A program made the position numbers and the translations under genes. From Callorhinchus milii (taxonomy: Eukaryota), in NCBI RefSeq assembly GCF_018977255.1, contig NW_024704742.1, positions 15,316,001 through 15,380,000 of the forward strand: a DNA stretch of 64,000 bases. Direction: 5' to 3'. Below, one piece after another: positions 1 through 13,245 of this stretch; position 1 is the first letter of the stretch, and each line of letters begins with the position of its first letter. The notes below the pieces were generated by a model that saw only the letters and a list, made by a program, of their open reading frames with translations, was not told the origin of the DNA and did not search any database.

Positions 1-330
1 CCACTAAGGTGGATGAGGGAGGAGAGGCAGTGGAGGAGGATGGTGTGTCGAACGCGGAAGAGAGATCCAGGACAACGAGAAGGCAGAGGGAGCCCTGGTC
101 ACAGATAGAGAGGACGTTGTTTGGGACTTTGGCAAGTGCTGTCTCTGTGCTGTGGGCAGGCAAAAATCAGACTGCAGGGTTGGAGGGAGAGGTGTGACCG
201 AAGTTGACCTGCAACAATGTATTCCAGGACTTTAGCAAGGAAGGGTAGGTTGGAAATCGGACAGTGGTGTGAGAGGTTAGAGGGATCGAAGGTGGGTTTT
301 TTGAGAGGGGTGTGGTAATAGCGAATTCAG
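1..330 (-). mobile_element. L2 LINE ORF2 (RT region) fragment, decayed
   Basis: Minus strand encodes ISNLPFLAKVLE...HSTETALAKV..NVLSICDQGSLCLLVVLDLSSAFD, similar to the L2 at 58284-59745. Confidence 0.85.
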
Positions 331-424
331 GAGGAGTGGAACTGAGGAGAAAAACGCTTCAGTTGGGACCGTGCTTGTGAAACACTGTTCTCACTATAGC
401 ATCATGGGAATTGATTCTTACCAA

Positions 425-790
425 TAATAACTTGCATCTTTCACATAGTGCATCTTTCACATCTTTCACATAGTGCATGTCTGGAAGCATTTCACAGAAA
501 GGGTGCTAGACGTTGCTCAAGGAGGAACAGGAGGGAGAAGTAGGCAAAGGAGGGAAGTTGGCCTGATCGAAGAGATGGGTGTCTAGTAGATTTTTAAAGC
601 AGATAGAGAGGGGGTGAGACAGAGGGATTTAGGGAGGGAGCTCTAGGAAGTAGGAGCATGACAGCTGAAGGCTGAGCAGCCAACAATAGGCCGGATGGGG
701 TGAGGAACGTGCAGCAGACACAAGTTTCCTAAACATAGGTGAGCAGGCAAATGAGGCTGAATAAGATCACAAATATAGGGAGGGGTGAGG
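425..790 (-). mobile_element. L2 3' end, decayed
   Basis: Purine-rich reverse complement of the L2 3' region ending in an aacttgcat tail. Confidence 0.6.
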
Positions 791-899
791 GTGTGTAACT
801 TTGGGATTATTCTCCACTTGTTGGTAAATTTACTGATCGGTGATTATAAGTTGATCATCAAATCGTTTTTTACTGTGAGCAAATGTGACTAAGGTTTGT

Positions 900-1160
900 T
901 TATCCATTGGCGGGTGGACTTTCAACTATTCTGCCCCCGAATTCTGGAACTCCATCCTGGAGTCCCTTCGACTCACTACTTCCTTCCCTCCCTTCGTTCA
1001 AGGTATGTTTCAAAACATACCTCTTTCACCGTGCTTTGAGTCTTCTTTTCCCTCCCTACCACCTTCAGCTCCAAACCCAGTTTAGGTACCCATTCAGCAT
1101 TGTCAAACACATCGAGACATCCTCCTTCGTGAAAGGTGCTTTATAAATGTAAGCTGTATA
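900..1160 (+). mobile_element. L2 3' end
   Basis: Encodes IGGWTFNYSAPEFWNSI followed by gtgaaaggtgctttataaatgtaag tail. Confidence 0.8.
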
Positions 1161-2279
1161 GTATTATCTCCACATCACTTGAAATTGTGCAAATGCTGCA
1201 AGAACTTATCATCCGAGTCACTTCATTAATCACAGATGGACTTTTACTGAGAACAAATATAGCAACACTGGAATCACAGACAAACCTGGCAGTGATCTTT
1301 GCAACAAAATGAAATAAGGCAATGGGGGTGGGGAGGGAAAAGATGACTGAAAGTGCAGTCAAAGAGATACGTTTTGAAACTTGCCTTGAATGAGGGGAGG
1401 CAGTTGGAGGGTATCCAGGATGGAGTTCCAGAATTCCACAATATACCTGGTACTGACATTTCTCAAAACATCATTGCTCCCTTTGGAGACTGATTCCCTT
1501 CCTCAACTCGTTCAAGCTCTGTCTCATGCCCCCCTCTTTGACTCACTTTCGGTCATCTTTCTCCTCCCCACCTCTCTCAGCAGTCACGCCCAACTTGGGT
1601 GCCAAGCCTGTATTGCAAAGCCCCTTGGGACATTCTCCTGGAGTGAACAGCACTGTATAACTGTACATTTGTACTGTTGTAAAATGTAGGTCAAATACAA
1701 AAAAGCTAGGAATGTTTTCACAAAGTTGTGGCCTGAAATTATAAACATGTAAAATATACTAAAATAAAATCCTAAAAGGTACAAATTGAACATCTTGCAT
1801 CACAATGGGCTTCCAACAATACAGATTATTTTAACATTCTGCCTTTTGGTTCCATCAAAGAGATCCAGCTGAGATCCCGCTGAGATGAGAATTTTGCTTT
1901 GGGTTTGGGTTGTTACATGGAGCCTGACTTTGTTTCTTGATCCCTTAAGGATTATGCAGTGCTGTTACAGAATGTATATTACATGCATTAGTGTGGTCAG
2001 GGACCAATAACCTTTTGTTCACCAAAGGAAAGAATGCAACAGGCTGTGGCTTTGCAGAACACTGTAAGGTTTGCAGGGGGAAACCATTTACATTCCTTTC
2101 CAGGTCTACCACCTCATGCTACTCTAAAGAAATTAGAAGTCATGATTGAATCCTTGATCTCATTTGGAATGTGTACTCTAACTTCCAGATCCATGAATGG
2201 TTTGATGGTCCCTCACCAAACACATCCCATGAGAAAGAGAGTGAAGCAAGGTTACCAACAGTGACTCATCCTTTCTTGA

Positions 2280-2620
2280 TAATAATAATAATAATCCTTG
2301 CATTTGATATAGTGCCTTTCACGACAGGAGTGCTTTATTGTTGTAGGCAAATGCAGCAGCCAATATCCCACAGACACCCATGGGTGAATGATCAATTGTG
2401 GTTGTAGGATTGTTGGCCAGGAAATTGGGAGAAACTCCCTTCTCTTTTCGACTAACTCTATAGGATCATTAACGTCCACCTAAACAGACAAATGAGACAT
2501 TGGATTAGTGACTCATCTGATAGACAACAATTCCAAAAATGCAGTGTCTCCCCCAGCACTGCACTATATTCAGCCTAGACTATATGAACTTGTTCCCAAG
2601 AGTGTTACCAACTGAGCTAA
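2280..2620 (-). mobile_element. Deu-type (SacSINE1/AmnSINE-like) SINE, decayed
   Basis: (TAA)n tail, ttggccagg...agaaactcccttctcttttcga core; similar to other copies in the window. Confidence 0.65.
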
Positions 2621-3070
2621 GTGGATGTGTAAATGGCATTGTCGGGTATGGTCTTGGAATTTCTGGTCTAGAATTTAGTAATAGGATTACAGACCTTCTA
2701 TATCCTGATGATGTCATGCTGGGATGCTACCCCGTGTGAAGGGCGCTATATCAATGCAAGTTGTTGTTGCTGATGGCACGCTCTCTTCTACATTATGAAC
2801 AAAGGGAGATATAGTCATCAATGACTCAAAGTATGGCTCAAGGAAAGGTACTGAATGTACTCATTGGAAGACGCATGATAAATTTGTCATAGATGTTGTG
2901 TTTTCACATACTACACATCAATATCTAGGGATCATAAAAGAGTCAGATTTTTGGGGATTGTGTAGACAAGAAACAAAAAGGACTTTGATCTCTTTCATCC
3001 CTCTTCAAGCAAAGCCCCATATATGTTAAGATTGCAGCACCTACACCAAACTATTCTCATTCATGGAGGT

Positions 3071-3403
3071 ATAATAATAATAATAATCCTTGCATCACAT
3101 CTTCTGGATGTCTCAAAGCACTTCCCAGAATATACTGTAAAGTGAACTGACTGTATTTTGTGGGCGAAACACGGCAGCCAATTGCATGAAGCAATACCCC
3201 ACAAACAGTCGTGGATTGAGTGAACAATTTATTTTAAGGGATTATTAACCCCAGAAAAGCGACCCACCAATCAACTAACAATGGATTCCTACTTACTGTT
3301 TGGCAAACAGAGGTGTGTGGAGTGAGGAAACTTGCTTAACGTTTCGTCCTGCCCGGGAATCAAACCAAGGTCCTCTCACTTGTGAGGCGAGTGTTTTAAC
3401 CAC
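3071..3403 (-). mobile_element. tRNA-derived SINE, older long-middle subfamily
   Basis: tRNA-like head, aagtttcctcactccacac, middle block, L2-like tail with (TTA)n. Confidence 0.8.
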
Positions 3404-4619
3404 TAATGCTGTTATTTGGGAAATGGGAAATGTTTCTCTGTTGGTTCATGGGGTAAGACACCCCTGATGTAGGATCAGCCCCGATAGGTTACAGGTTCAA
3501 ATTTGATCTCAGTCAGATTCTAAATTGGTCTCAGCATTCTGGGATTCAGAATGGGAGAAAAAATATAACTCAGCCAGTGAGCCCACTTCAGATCACTATC
3601 CAGAGACAATTCTGCTGGAAAGGGTGTGCGTGGATTTTGGGCAAGGACACTGAACTTGAAAATGCAGCCATTGCAGCCAATGGTGGAATGGAAGATACAA
3701 AGGACAAGGAAGAGGCCGGAGCCAGTCAAGCAGAGGCACGGGGTAGTGAACTGGGGAGTCAGCAGGTCGGAGAGGTGGGATATAAAGTATGGATACATCA
3801 GAAAAGTTTTCTGTGAATCCTATCTGAGTTCCTGGATTAAGCTGCAAGGTCGATTGCATTAAAAAGCAATAAACAGGAGATCTCCAGCCTAAAACAACTT
3901 CTCTTTTTATAATACCTTTCACTTGTACTGAACATCACTCTGCATGCTGGAGGTGGACTTGCCTCTTAGGCAATTCCCTTTATATGAGAACCTGGATTAA
4001 GCATTTGATATTAAGAACTTCTGGGAATCAACAATGAACTTGGACTTGTAAAACATCAAAGTAAGTTTTTTCTACCATGGAAATAATTGTCTAAAGACAT
4101 ATGATGAAATGATGAGGCTTGGGATGACTCTAGATCACTGTCTGAATCAAATCATATTTTTCCCTATGTGGTTATTTTTGGATTGGCAAATGCTAACAAT
4201 ACAATACAAATCTATATAGCACCTTTCATGTTGCAGGACATCCTAAGGCCTTTTACAAGGGTGACATACATGTGAAGGAGCAAAAAAATACATCAGTACT
4301 TTTGTGGTTACATAGTCCTATGAATAGCTTCCCATTCCTAATGGCCACAGGCCTACAGCACAAATCTCTTCCTTGATTCAACACAAAGTTACATATCATT
4401 CACAGCATCTCTCAGAGAAGTCACAAGAATAGTTAGTAAAAACTAGAAACAATTTAAATTTATTCACTAATCATGCTCTTCCAAGGAGGAGCTGAAAGAT
4501 CACTGTCGGAGCAAAGAATGGAGCCCTTTACACTGTATTCATTTAACCTGAGAGGGCAGGAAGCTGATATGCTGGGTAGCAAAAGTTGAACTGCACTTCT
4601 CTCTCTAGCACTGACATCC

Positions 4620-4960
4620 TGACACTGCAATACCGTGCTGTACATTGTCGGAGGTGCTGTCCTTCAGAAGAGACGTTAAACCAAAGTCACTTCAACCTGT
4701 TCAGGTGAATGTTAAACATCCCTTGGCACTACTTGAAAAGAGAAGTGAGTGTCCTGGCCAACAATTCCCTGAATAAAATTAGTCATTTGTTTCATGCGTG
4801 TTTGTGGGACATTGCTGTATGCAACTTGGCTACCTCTTTCACCTACAAATACACAGTCACTGTACTTTACAGTGAAATCCTGTGAAGGGCTTTGATATGC
4901 CATAGCATTCTAATATGATATGACAAGCTAAGGCACTGTACCAAATACAAAAATGATTAC
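4620..4960 (+). mobile_element. Deu-type SINE, decayed
   Basis: tgtcggaggtgctgtccttcagaagagacgttaaacc...tgtcctggccaaca core. Confidence 0.7.
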
Positions 4961-5569
4961 TATAAGCAGAAATAATATTCCCATTGAGTGCTTAGGCAGC
5001 TCTTATCTGAGAAATATGGTCTGAGGTGGGTCCGGGCCAATGTGGAAGTCTGGAGTTTGCAACATTAAGTGTTCCAGACAGACATCAGATCTGGTGCGAT
5101 TAGCAAACAAATCAGAGGTCCATTATGAACATTAAAGGAGGCATGAATGAGCAAAGGGAGACTCGGAATTCAATGTTGCAGCAGCAGACAGGAAGGGCAG
5201 ATTTAAAATCGGGAGGCTAGTCTCCAAGACATTGCAAGAGATTCAGCAACTCTCACTGCGCAGACCACAATTGACAATTCCGACCACATCCCTTATAATC
5301 CCTGTATATAATTTTTGGAACATTTTCACTATGCTTAACAACACAAGAAATTGGCAATCATATTGTTTTAAGTCACGCATCTGCCAAGGCCTTGTTATTG
5401 TCCAATAAGGCAGCAAGGAAGACTGTACCGATAAATGGCACAATCCAGAAGATAACGAATGCCACCAAAAATATCGTCTCTGAGACTAACCTGCATCCTG
5501 TTTCAAGACCTCCTTGCATTAAGTCTGCCACAATGTACACCAATGTACACTAAGTAATAGGTAATTATT

Positions 5570-5713
5570 TGGGGAGGACAAGTTTGCAGGGCTATGGGGA
5601 GAGAGTGGGGGAGTGGGATTGAATTTGATAGCTCGTTTCAAAGATCGGGCACAGACACCACGGGCTGAATGGCCTCCTTCTGTGCTGTATAATTCTATGA
5701 TTCTATGATTCTA
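5570..5713 (+). mobile_element. CR1 LINE 3' end
   Basis: gggctgaatggcctccttctgtgctgt followed by the (ATTCTATG)n tail typical of CR1. Confidence 0.85.
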
Positions 5714-6665
5714 AGTATTGATATTCTTTATATATTATGTCCACTTTTAGACCTCACTGAATTGTAAACTGGCATGCCTTCTGGTACACTGGGTCTCACT
5801 CATTGTTACCTGGGCATCAACTGGGCTGCCTATTGCTTCATGCAATGTTGTTCACTTGAAGTGCACTTAAGGGATGGGCAATTGAATGAATTAAATACAG
5901 AAGACAAAGTGACACGATGGAGTTACAAGGGATTAAATAACAGCAGGGCATCATAAACCTACGTAACAATATTCAATATATTTGGAATACATTGACTGTA
6001 GCTTGAGATCACCCTAACCTTTAACTTCCCCGATGGTATTTTCATTTTTAAAAAATGGGTGAAAAATGTGACATGTGATAATTAATTATCACTGGCCATG
6101 TTACCTTGTCATTACAGTCAATATCTTGCCAGTACCTTTGAACCCCCATCCCCCCAAAACATCCCCAAATTATGGCAGAATGGTCGGGCCTGAAATCATA
6201 CTTTAAAAGTTGAGATAAGTTGGGAACTGACATTGACAGGTTACAGTTTGCAGACCAATAATATCAATGTTGGCCACACTTCAGACCCAAGTATTCTGAC
6301 AAAGTCAGGGAGGCGGGGAATGCCAGACACAGACTAATTTTATCAGGAGGATATGACAATAAAGCCAGTGACAATCATATCACAATTCCCCCCCTCCCCC
6401 CCACTCATTTTTGCAATTTCATTTCCATTTATTTCTTCGACTCTAAAAGGACTAATGACTTACCAATATGCAGATGTTCCCCAGGTCCTTGTGCTGTGGA
6501 AAGGGTGATGCCAGTGAGTGCAGATTACACAAACATGGTGATGTAAGCAAGTGAAAGTTTAGCAATCATGTAGTACATTATTTTTTAAGAAAAATCTTGC
6601 AGCAAGAAGCATGGTTAATCACTACCTCATTTATATTATATATATAAAGTATATTTTACTATATA

Positions 6666-6844
6666 CAGGAAACTCCTTATAACTCGTCAGTTCAAGGGAA
6701 CAGGGCTCAGTGACGAATTATCTGGAGTGGCGAGTTAGGCATATGCATAAATACATAAGTAAACATGGCCAGGACATTGATAGCAATGATGACTTAAATG
6801 GTAGTGACACGTTAAGCCAGAGTCGAGTTATCAGGAGTTTACTG
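6666..6844. mobile_element. Tc1/mariner (Tigger/pogo-like) MITE, 179 bp
   Basis: TIRs CAGGAAACTCCTTATAACTCG / CGAGTTATCAGGAGTTTACTG (2 mismatches) flanked by TA on both sides. Confidence 0.8.
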
Positions 6845-6871
6845 TATTTCGAATACTGGGTTCATATTCAC

Positions 6872-7029
6872 CTTTTTATGATTCTTGTATACATTTCTGT
6901 GGGCAAAACCCTTTCCACAAAGTTTGCACTTGTAAGGTTTGTCCTCACTGTGGATAATTTTATGTGCAGTCACTTGATCAAGACGCTTGAAAGACTTGCT
7001 GCAGACTTCACAGGTGTAAGGGCGTTTCT
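6872..7029 (-). CDS. PRDM5: PRDM5 coding exon 10 (two C2H2 fingers); gene continues beyond window start
   Basis: ttcttgcag|(E)[52 protein letters not shown]|gtgaat; 158 nt; phase 1-0; no further finger exon found in 1-6800. Confidence 0.96.
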
Positions 7030-7405
7030 CTGCAAGAATGAGCAGCAGATATTAAATCATCACTTTGTGGAAAAAAAGGATGAAAGGAAGGCTCTCTCCG
7101 CTGAGAAAATCTCGCAATTAAGTCGACACAATTAAGATTAAACCAATTAGACAGGCAGCTGCATGCCATTTGAATTATGTGCATCAAATTGCTTCGTGTT
7201 AGACAAGCTCTCAGTATATCATGAGCAATTTACACATCCTCAACCATCGCTTCCAAATGCCAAATTCCGTTTCATTAGCTTACACAAAAAAACTTCAAAG
7301 TCAAATAGCATCACACCACGAGCATAAATCAGCTCTTTTTCAGATTAACAGCATTTAAGCAGCTCTGCAACATTTTATTTTGTGCGGCCTAATTACTAGG
7401 AAAGC

Positions 7406-7418
7406 AGGTCACAGGTCA
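7406..7418 (+). promoter_or_regulatory. Perfect DR1 nuclear-receptor motif AGGTCAcAGGTCA in intron 9
   Basis: Exact consensus match; function not shown. Confidence 0.35.
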
Positions 7419-7482
7419 AGCCACTAAATGTGAAGCACGGTGCTATCTAAGGCTCAACTAGCTCAGCCAGGTTAAATATTAC

Positions 7483-7567
7483 CTGAATGCGTAATCATAT
7501 GGCGCTTCAGTTGGTTTGCTGATATGAATTTTTTGTCACACTCCTGGCAGTCGAAGACTTCATGAAC
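7483..7567 (-). CDS. PRDM5: PRDM5 coding exon 9
   Basis: tttcaag|[28 protein letters not shown](E)|gtaata; 85 nt; phase 0-1. Confidence 0.96.
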
Positions 7568-10500
7568 CTTGAAACATAAAAAATAAACAGCGATTATTAC
7601 ATGGAAGGAGAATTCAAAGAAGGTACTAGATCAAACATCAAATCTTCTGAGCTTGCTTTCAGAGTTTAATGACTTCCCTGCCTGAAGCCAAGTTAAAATT
7701 CACAATTGCACAATAATTGCCTTGCCAATAATCTCTTATGAGATATTAAAGTATGGCTATGAAAATAAAACTTGACGTTTAAAAAGAAAAAGTACAACAA
7801 TAGAAATGCGTATGTGCGAAGAGGAGCATCGGATTTATGAGTTTTAAAAATATTTTCATAAAGGCTATGAGAAAGATAATTCAATATTGAGATAATTAGG
7901 TTTCAAAATATTGCAGTTAAACAGATTGCATGAGATTTGCTGACCTGAAAGTTCAAGATTGCCACTTAACCAGAACTTGATATGATATTTATTACTTCAT
8001 TCTGTCATTCTCAATTGTATCCTGAGATTTGCTAGAATTATTGTATAACACAGACCAGTGTACAAAGCCAGGAATGTTTAACAATTTGTGCATAGGAGAT
8101 ACAATGTTTTTTTTTATAATATCCTATCTGTGATCCACACAGATTCAGAAAAATGTTAATTTTTGGTCAAATAGGTGTTGAGCCCATGTGAAAATCCATC
8201 GCTGTGCTTAACCAGACTGAGTTCCATATATGTATGCCACCTACACATGGAAATGTCCCTGTGTCTGGAACTCTGAAGGGCGGCACCCCAATTACCCAAT
8301 CCTGGAGAGTTTTAGGCACAGGAAAAAGAAGAGGACTGCAAACTGAAATAACAACAAATTACATGTGTATAGTGCCTTCTATGTCAGGAGGATGCCCCAA
8401 GGCATTGGACAGTTAGAATTTGGATCCGAGCTCAGAGTTGGGATCAGGGGGAGGGGGGGGAGAAATAACTGTAAAATAAATCTAAAATAACCACTATGAA
8501 TTTACTAGGAAATTTTACTTCAATGTTTATGTGAGTGATACAATCTTCTTTGGATTAAAATATCTAAAATTAAAATGTCTGCAAATATTTTTTTGATCGC
8601 ATTTGCACAATAAAAAAGCAGGATAAATAATGACAGTAACATCCTACTGTATTTTACAATAACTTCTGTGTTCATAATCACGTGGATTTTAATCCAAATA
8701 TTAGATAAGGTAAGAAGCCTTTTTTGCAATTAAAAGGCTTCTTACCTTTTAATAATAATAATCCTTGCATTTGATATAACGTATCATTACGTTATCGAGA
8801 CGTCTCAAAGCGCTTCACAAGATATATAGTAAAGTGGATTGATTATGTATTCTCTGGGTGAAACGCAGCATGCATTTATAATGGCAACACAATACATTCA
8901 GATATATGTATGCTATGCTTTGGATGGAAATTGTTTTGTAAAACAGAAAGCACAAAGCATTACAACAGATGGATCTAGGAGATAAAGTATCGCAAAGAAT
9001 GGACGTTTAGGGGTCAATGAGTCAAGCACGGATTAACTTTTTGAACTGTCATAGCACATTACACTTCAAGACCATTGGTTTTCCATGACATCAAAACTAC
9101 AATACTGCTTACGGAAACCTAAGATGATTTAAATAAAGCATGAAACAGTATTTCACATGGTGCAAAATCAATACTACAGACAGTGAGTCAATGCCAAAGA
9201 ACATAAAAGAACCTTAGAAAGCAGGGAAAAGATACAAGATTCATAAAAACAATCCTTTTCTGTTAGTTCTCAATCCTGCCTGAATGTCCCTCAATCCTTT
9301 CTCTCTTCAGAAACATACCTGTCTAGCTGAATCTTTAAACCATTTATACCATGCATTTCAATGGCCTTTGCCAGTAATGTATCATACAAGAATATCGATT
9401 GTGTCAAATACTTCTGCCTTCTCACTATTAATTTCCATATTGTTATGAGTCCCTTGGTATTAGAATTCTTTGTTATAAGGAATAATTTGCTTGCATCAAT
9501 CCTCTTAATAATCTTGAAAACCTAAGATAAGCCAATTGATTTTTTTTCCAAACATGTATGATCTTGCTGGTGATGAAATCACTATTTGTGGAAGACTGGG
9601 ATGTATTATACAAGTTTTGTAAACCATGTGCATAGAGGGAATTACAGATGCCCTTAATTATGCAATTAACAACCAACAAAAAGGATTGAGAACACACATA
9701 ATACACCGTAAGGTAAATTTAGAAAATAAATAACAGGGTGTATGAAAATCTCTTTTTCTACATAAAATTTCCTGTAAATACCTCAACACAAATCAATGGG
9801 GAAATGTGCTTCCCAAGCAAAGACAAAGAAGACAAAACCTCTCTAAACAATGCTGCAATCTACAAACAAATGGCAGTTTCAGCAAAAACAAATCATGGGT
9901 TCCTTGAGGTTTCAGAGTTTATCCAGGAACTAAAGTGTAACTACACTAGCCAAAGTTCAATCTCTTGTCTCTGATGATCTCAGATGATCAGATGATCACA
10001 ACCAGAGCAATGGTAAGGTTACAACAATTACCCTCAGTGCTATATACAACATATATCTGGAGAACAGAGAAAGGGAAAACAAATTAATCTCCCTGCATGG
10101 CAGAATTACACTTCTGTCTTTAATGAATCATTTGTTGATCTGTGCAATAGTTAAGAACTCTAAACCCAGATGCATGCATTTTGACTCCACTATCTAGATG
10201 TTTTGCTTGTTGGAACCTTGCCCATAAGACAATCCCTTCAACAGATTTTGATTTAACAGTAACAATTTTAACTTGACTCCACCTTAAGTGCTGAAATTTC
10301 TATGGGGAATCCTTGCAAAAAAAACTATTGTGGATGTCTGACAGACTAAACTTTGCTAACACATCACAGTAAATCACCCTGATGGTTTCCATTCTGTAGC
10401 TCTCCGCTGGCTCAGATGATGCCATTACCCACTCAACTGGTTTCATTTAAAAATATACTTGCATGAGGTTGTTTATGGAACAAATAAGCACCTCGCTGAT

Positions 10501-12259
10501 AGTGTCCTATTGAGTGTTTCTCAAAAGCAACCAAAAACAAACTTGTCTTTGATGATGAGCTTCTATTAAATGATTGCTCTTTAGGTTTGAAAGGACTCCG
10601 TACAGTTTAAACAAATAAAATTTCAGACCGATTTTACGTAGTTGACTACCAATCTCTACTGCATACCAAATTAAGAATCAGCGTACTGTATTGATTGAGA
10701 TTTGTCTTGCACATCATGCTGTAACTACACTACCTTTATCTGTAGCATCACAATGCTCAGTGTTCATAAAACACAATCATTTCATTTTTAAAGTTATCTT
10801 GTGGTAAGACTCACCTCACAGCATAATTTCCCAATAGGTTTGAGTTACAGCAAGGAGCAATTGCAAGCAGTCTGCTGCAAATATAACGGTCCCATTATAC
10901 ATACACTTGGTGTCTAATGCATAGAGGGCCATCACACACAGGGACAATATGACTGATGTCTATGTCACCTATAACCACCACCATTGGTCAGTTCTTTCTG
11001 TAGGGCAGTGTTGGCTCCAAGTTATGGAGTTCTGTTCACTACCTGCCTCTATTGGCGTTATGCAGCAGCAGAAGCAAAAGGTTAACATAAAGAGTGAGGA
11101 GAAAATTGGTAGGAAAAGTAGTTCTGTTGTTTTTACTATGGATCAGTAAAGAATTATATATTATAAATGAACTTGAATTTAAATATTGCATATGCAGTGC
11201 TTCAGAACTATTACAGAGGTGATCATTGAAATATAATAATCCTTGCCTTTGATATAGTGGCTTATCATGCCATCAAGGTGTCTCGAAGAGTTCACAAGAT
11301 TTATTGTAAAGTATAGTGACTGTATATCTGTAGGCAAATGCGGTTGCCAGTTTGTACACAGTATAGTCCCATGAACACCCATGAAGTGAACGACAAATTT
11401 TAAGGGTGAGGGGCAGATATTGGCCCCGACACAGTAAGAAATTTGCTTTTTCTTTTTGAATAGTGCTATGGGATTTTTAAATGTCCCCCTGAATAAATTA
11501 AGTTAAATTAAATGAATTAAGAGCCCCAAGCAGTGTTGATGCAAAGTACAAACCCAATGCATGTGGAAGGACATATCTCTTGTTAACTTTTGTCCTTTAG
11601 AATTATAGTAGCATTATTTGCAAAGTACTGTAGTACACCAGGTTATTGTTTTTAACTAAATCGCTGGGGAGCAACACTTGAAGCCTAATGGTTTGCTGTT
11701 AGCCTTATTTATTAGGTCTGTCTGCCTATCCGGGTGGATATTAAATATCCCGTAGCACTATTTGAAAAGAGAAGGGAGAAGCGTGGACAGTGCTATGTGC
11801 TAATTGGCTGCCGTGTTCGCCCACAAAATACACAGTCATGTCAATTTGTGATAGTGTGATGTGACTCCACTGAGGTGCTTTGAGACATCTCAATAGCGTG
11901 ATATATCAAATGCAAGAATGATTATTTTCCTAAGGTATAGGGGATTTATTTTACAAATTGTATACACCTCTAAAAGGTGCCCTCTGAGACATCTTCTTTC
12001 AAAACTGAAGAACCTTAGCTTGTTTAATCACAGCTAATGACAGTAGATACCTGTGAATTATATTCAATGTACACAAACGACACATTGCTGTCAACAGTGA
12101 GAATGAGAAAAGACTGCACACAGAACAGGAACAAAAATCAAAAATCAATTAAAACTTCCTCACCCATAATGATTTTTAAATTTTTTTTCCAAAATAAATG
12201 TTACCTTGCTACAATTTTAGACAAAGTGTGTTTCATACCATCAGCTGTCAGTATGACAC

Positions 12260-13245
12260 AATAGTAATGCTCTTGCCTCTAAATCAGAAGATTATGGGTT
12301 CAAGCCTCACATTAGGATTTTGAACTCAAAATCGAGACTGATATTCCATTGCAGTGTTAAGGGTTCACTGCATTGATGGAGGTGCAATCTTTAGTGCAAC
12401 ATTACACCAAGGTTCTTTCTAAATGTTCTTATTATGGGAACTCCCTCCTCATTGGCCTTCCCAACTCTTCCCTTCACAAGCTGCAGATCATCCAAAACTC
12501 TGCAGCTCGTGTACTCTCACACACCAGGCTTCGTGACCCCATCACTCCCACTCTCGCCCGACTCCACTGGCTCCCCATTCCCCAGAGGATCGAGTTCACC
12601 TTTAAGGTCATCCATGGCCTTGCCCTCTCCTACCTCTCTGACCTGCTGACTCCCTACCAACCTGCCCGCTCCCTCTGTTCATCGGGCTCCGGCCTGCTCC
12701 ATGTCTCCCGCCCGACCTCCCCTACCATCGGTGGCCGGGCTTTCAGCCTCTCTGCCCCCATACTCTGGAACTCCATCCCACGGTACCTTCGCATCACTTC
12801 CTCCCTTGCCTTCTTCAAGACCGGTCTCAAGACCTTTCTCTTCGACTGTGCCTTTGGTCTCCCTCCCACCTCTCTGCCTTCCCTCATCCCTACACCGCCC
12901 TNCCCCATGCTCGGGCCCCGACACCTGACTGTTCCAGCACTTTGGAACGTCCTCCCAACGTGAAAGGTGCTCTATAAATATAATTTTGTTGTTGTTGTTG
13001 TTAAAGATCCCATGATAGTATTCAAAAAGAGAAGGTTCTCTGGGGCAACAATCTCACAGATAAATTTGATCATTTAATGTGTGATTTGATCATCATGGCT
13101 GTTTGTGGGACATTGCTCTGCGCAAATTGACTGACATAATCAGCAGCAAAATACACCACCATTACATTTTACAGTACAAATCCTGTAAAGCTTTTTGAAA
13201 TATCCTTCCGAAGTGAAACTGAATCAAATGCAAGGATTATTATTT
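12260..13245 (+). mobile_element. Deu-type SINE split by an L2 insertion
   Basis: Head ctcttgcctctaaatcagaagattatgggttcaagcc at 12270; sequence resumes ttaaagatcccatg at about 13001 after the L2 tail. Confidence 0.75.
12428..13002 (+). mobile_element. L2 LINE, 5'-truncated (ORF2 C-terminus and 3' UTR)
   Basis: NSLLIGLPNSSLHKLQIIQNSAARVL...LHWLPIPQRIEF...GGRAFSLSAPILWNSIP; (TTG)n tail. Confidence 0.92.

Noticed and set aside
1..6400. PRDM5 exon 11 (expected THSEERPFQC...)
   Set aside because: Not found by eye; presumably lies beyond the window start
6710..7135. 141-aa plus-strand ORF
   Set aside because: Antisense shadow of exon 10 plus a MITE; no independent evidence
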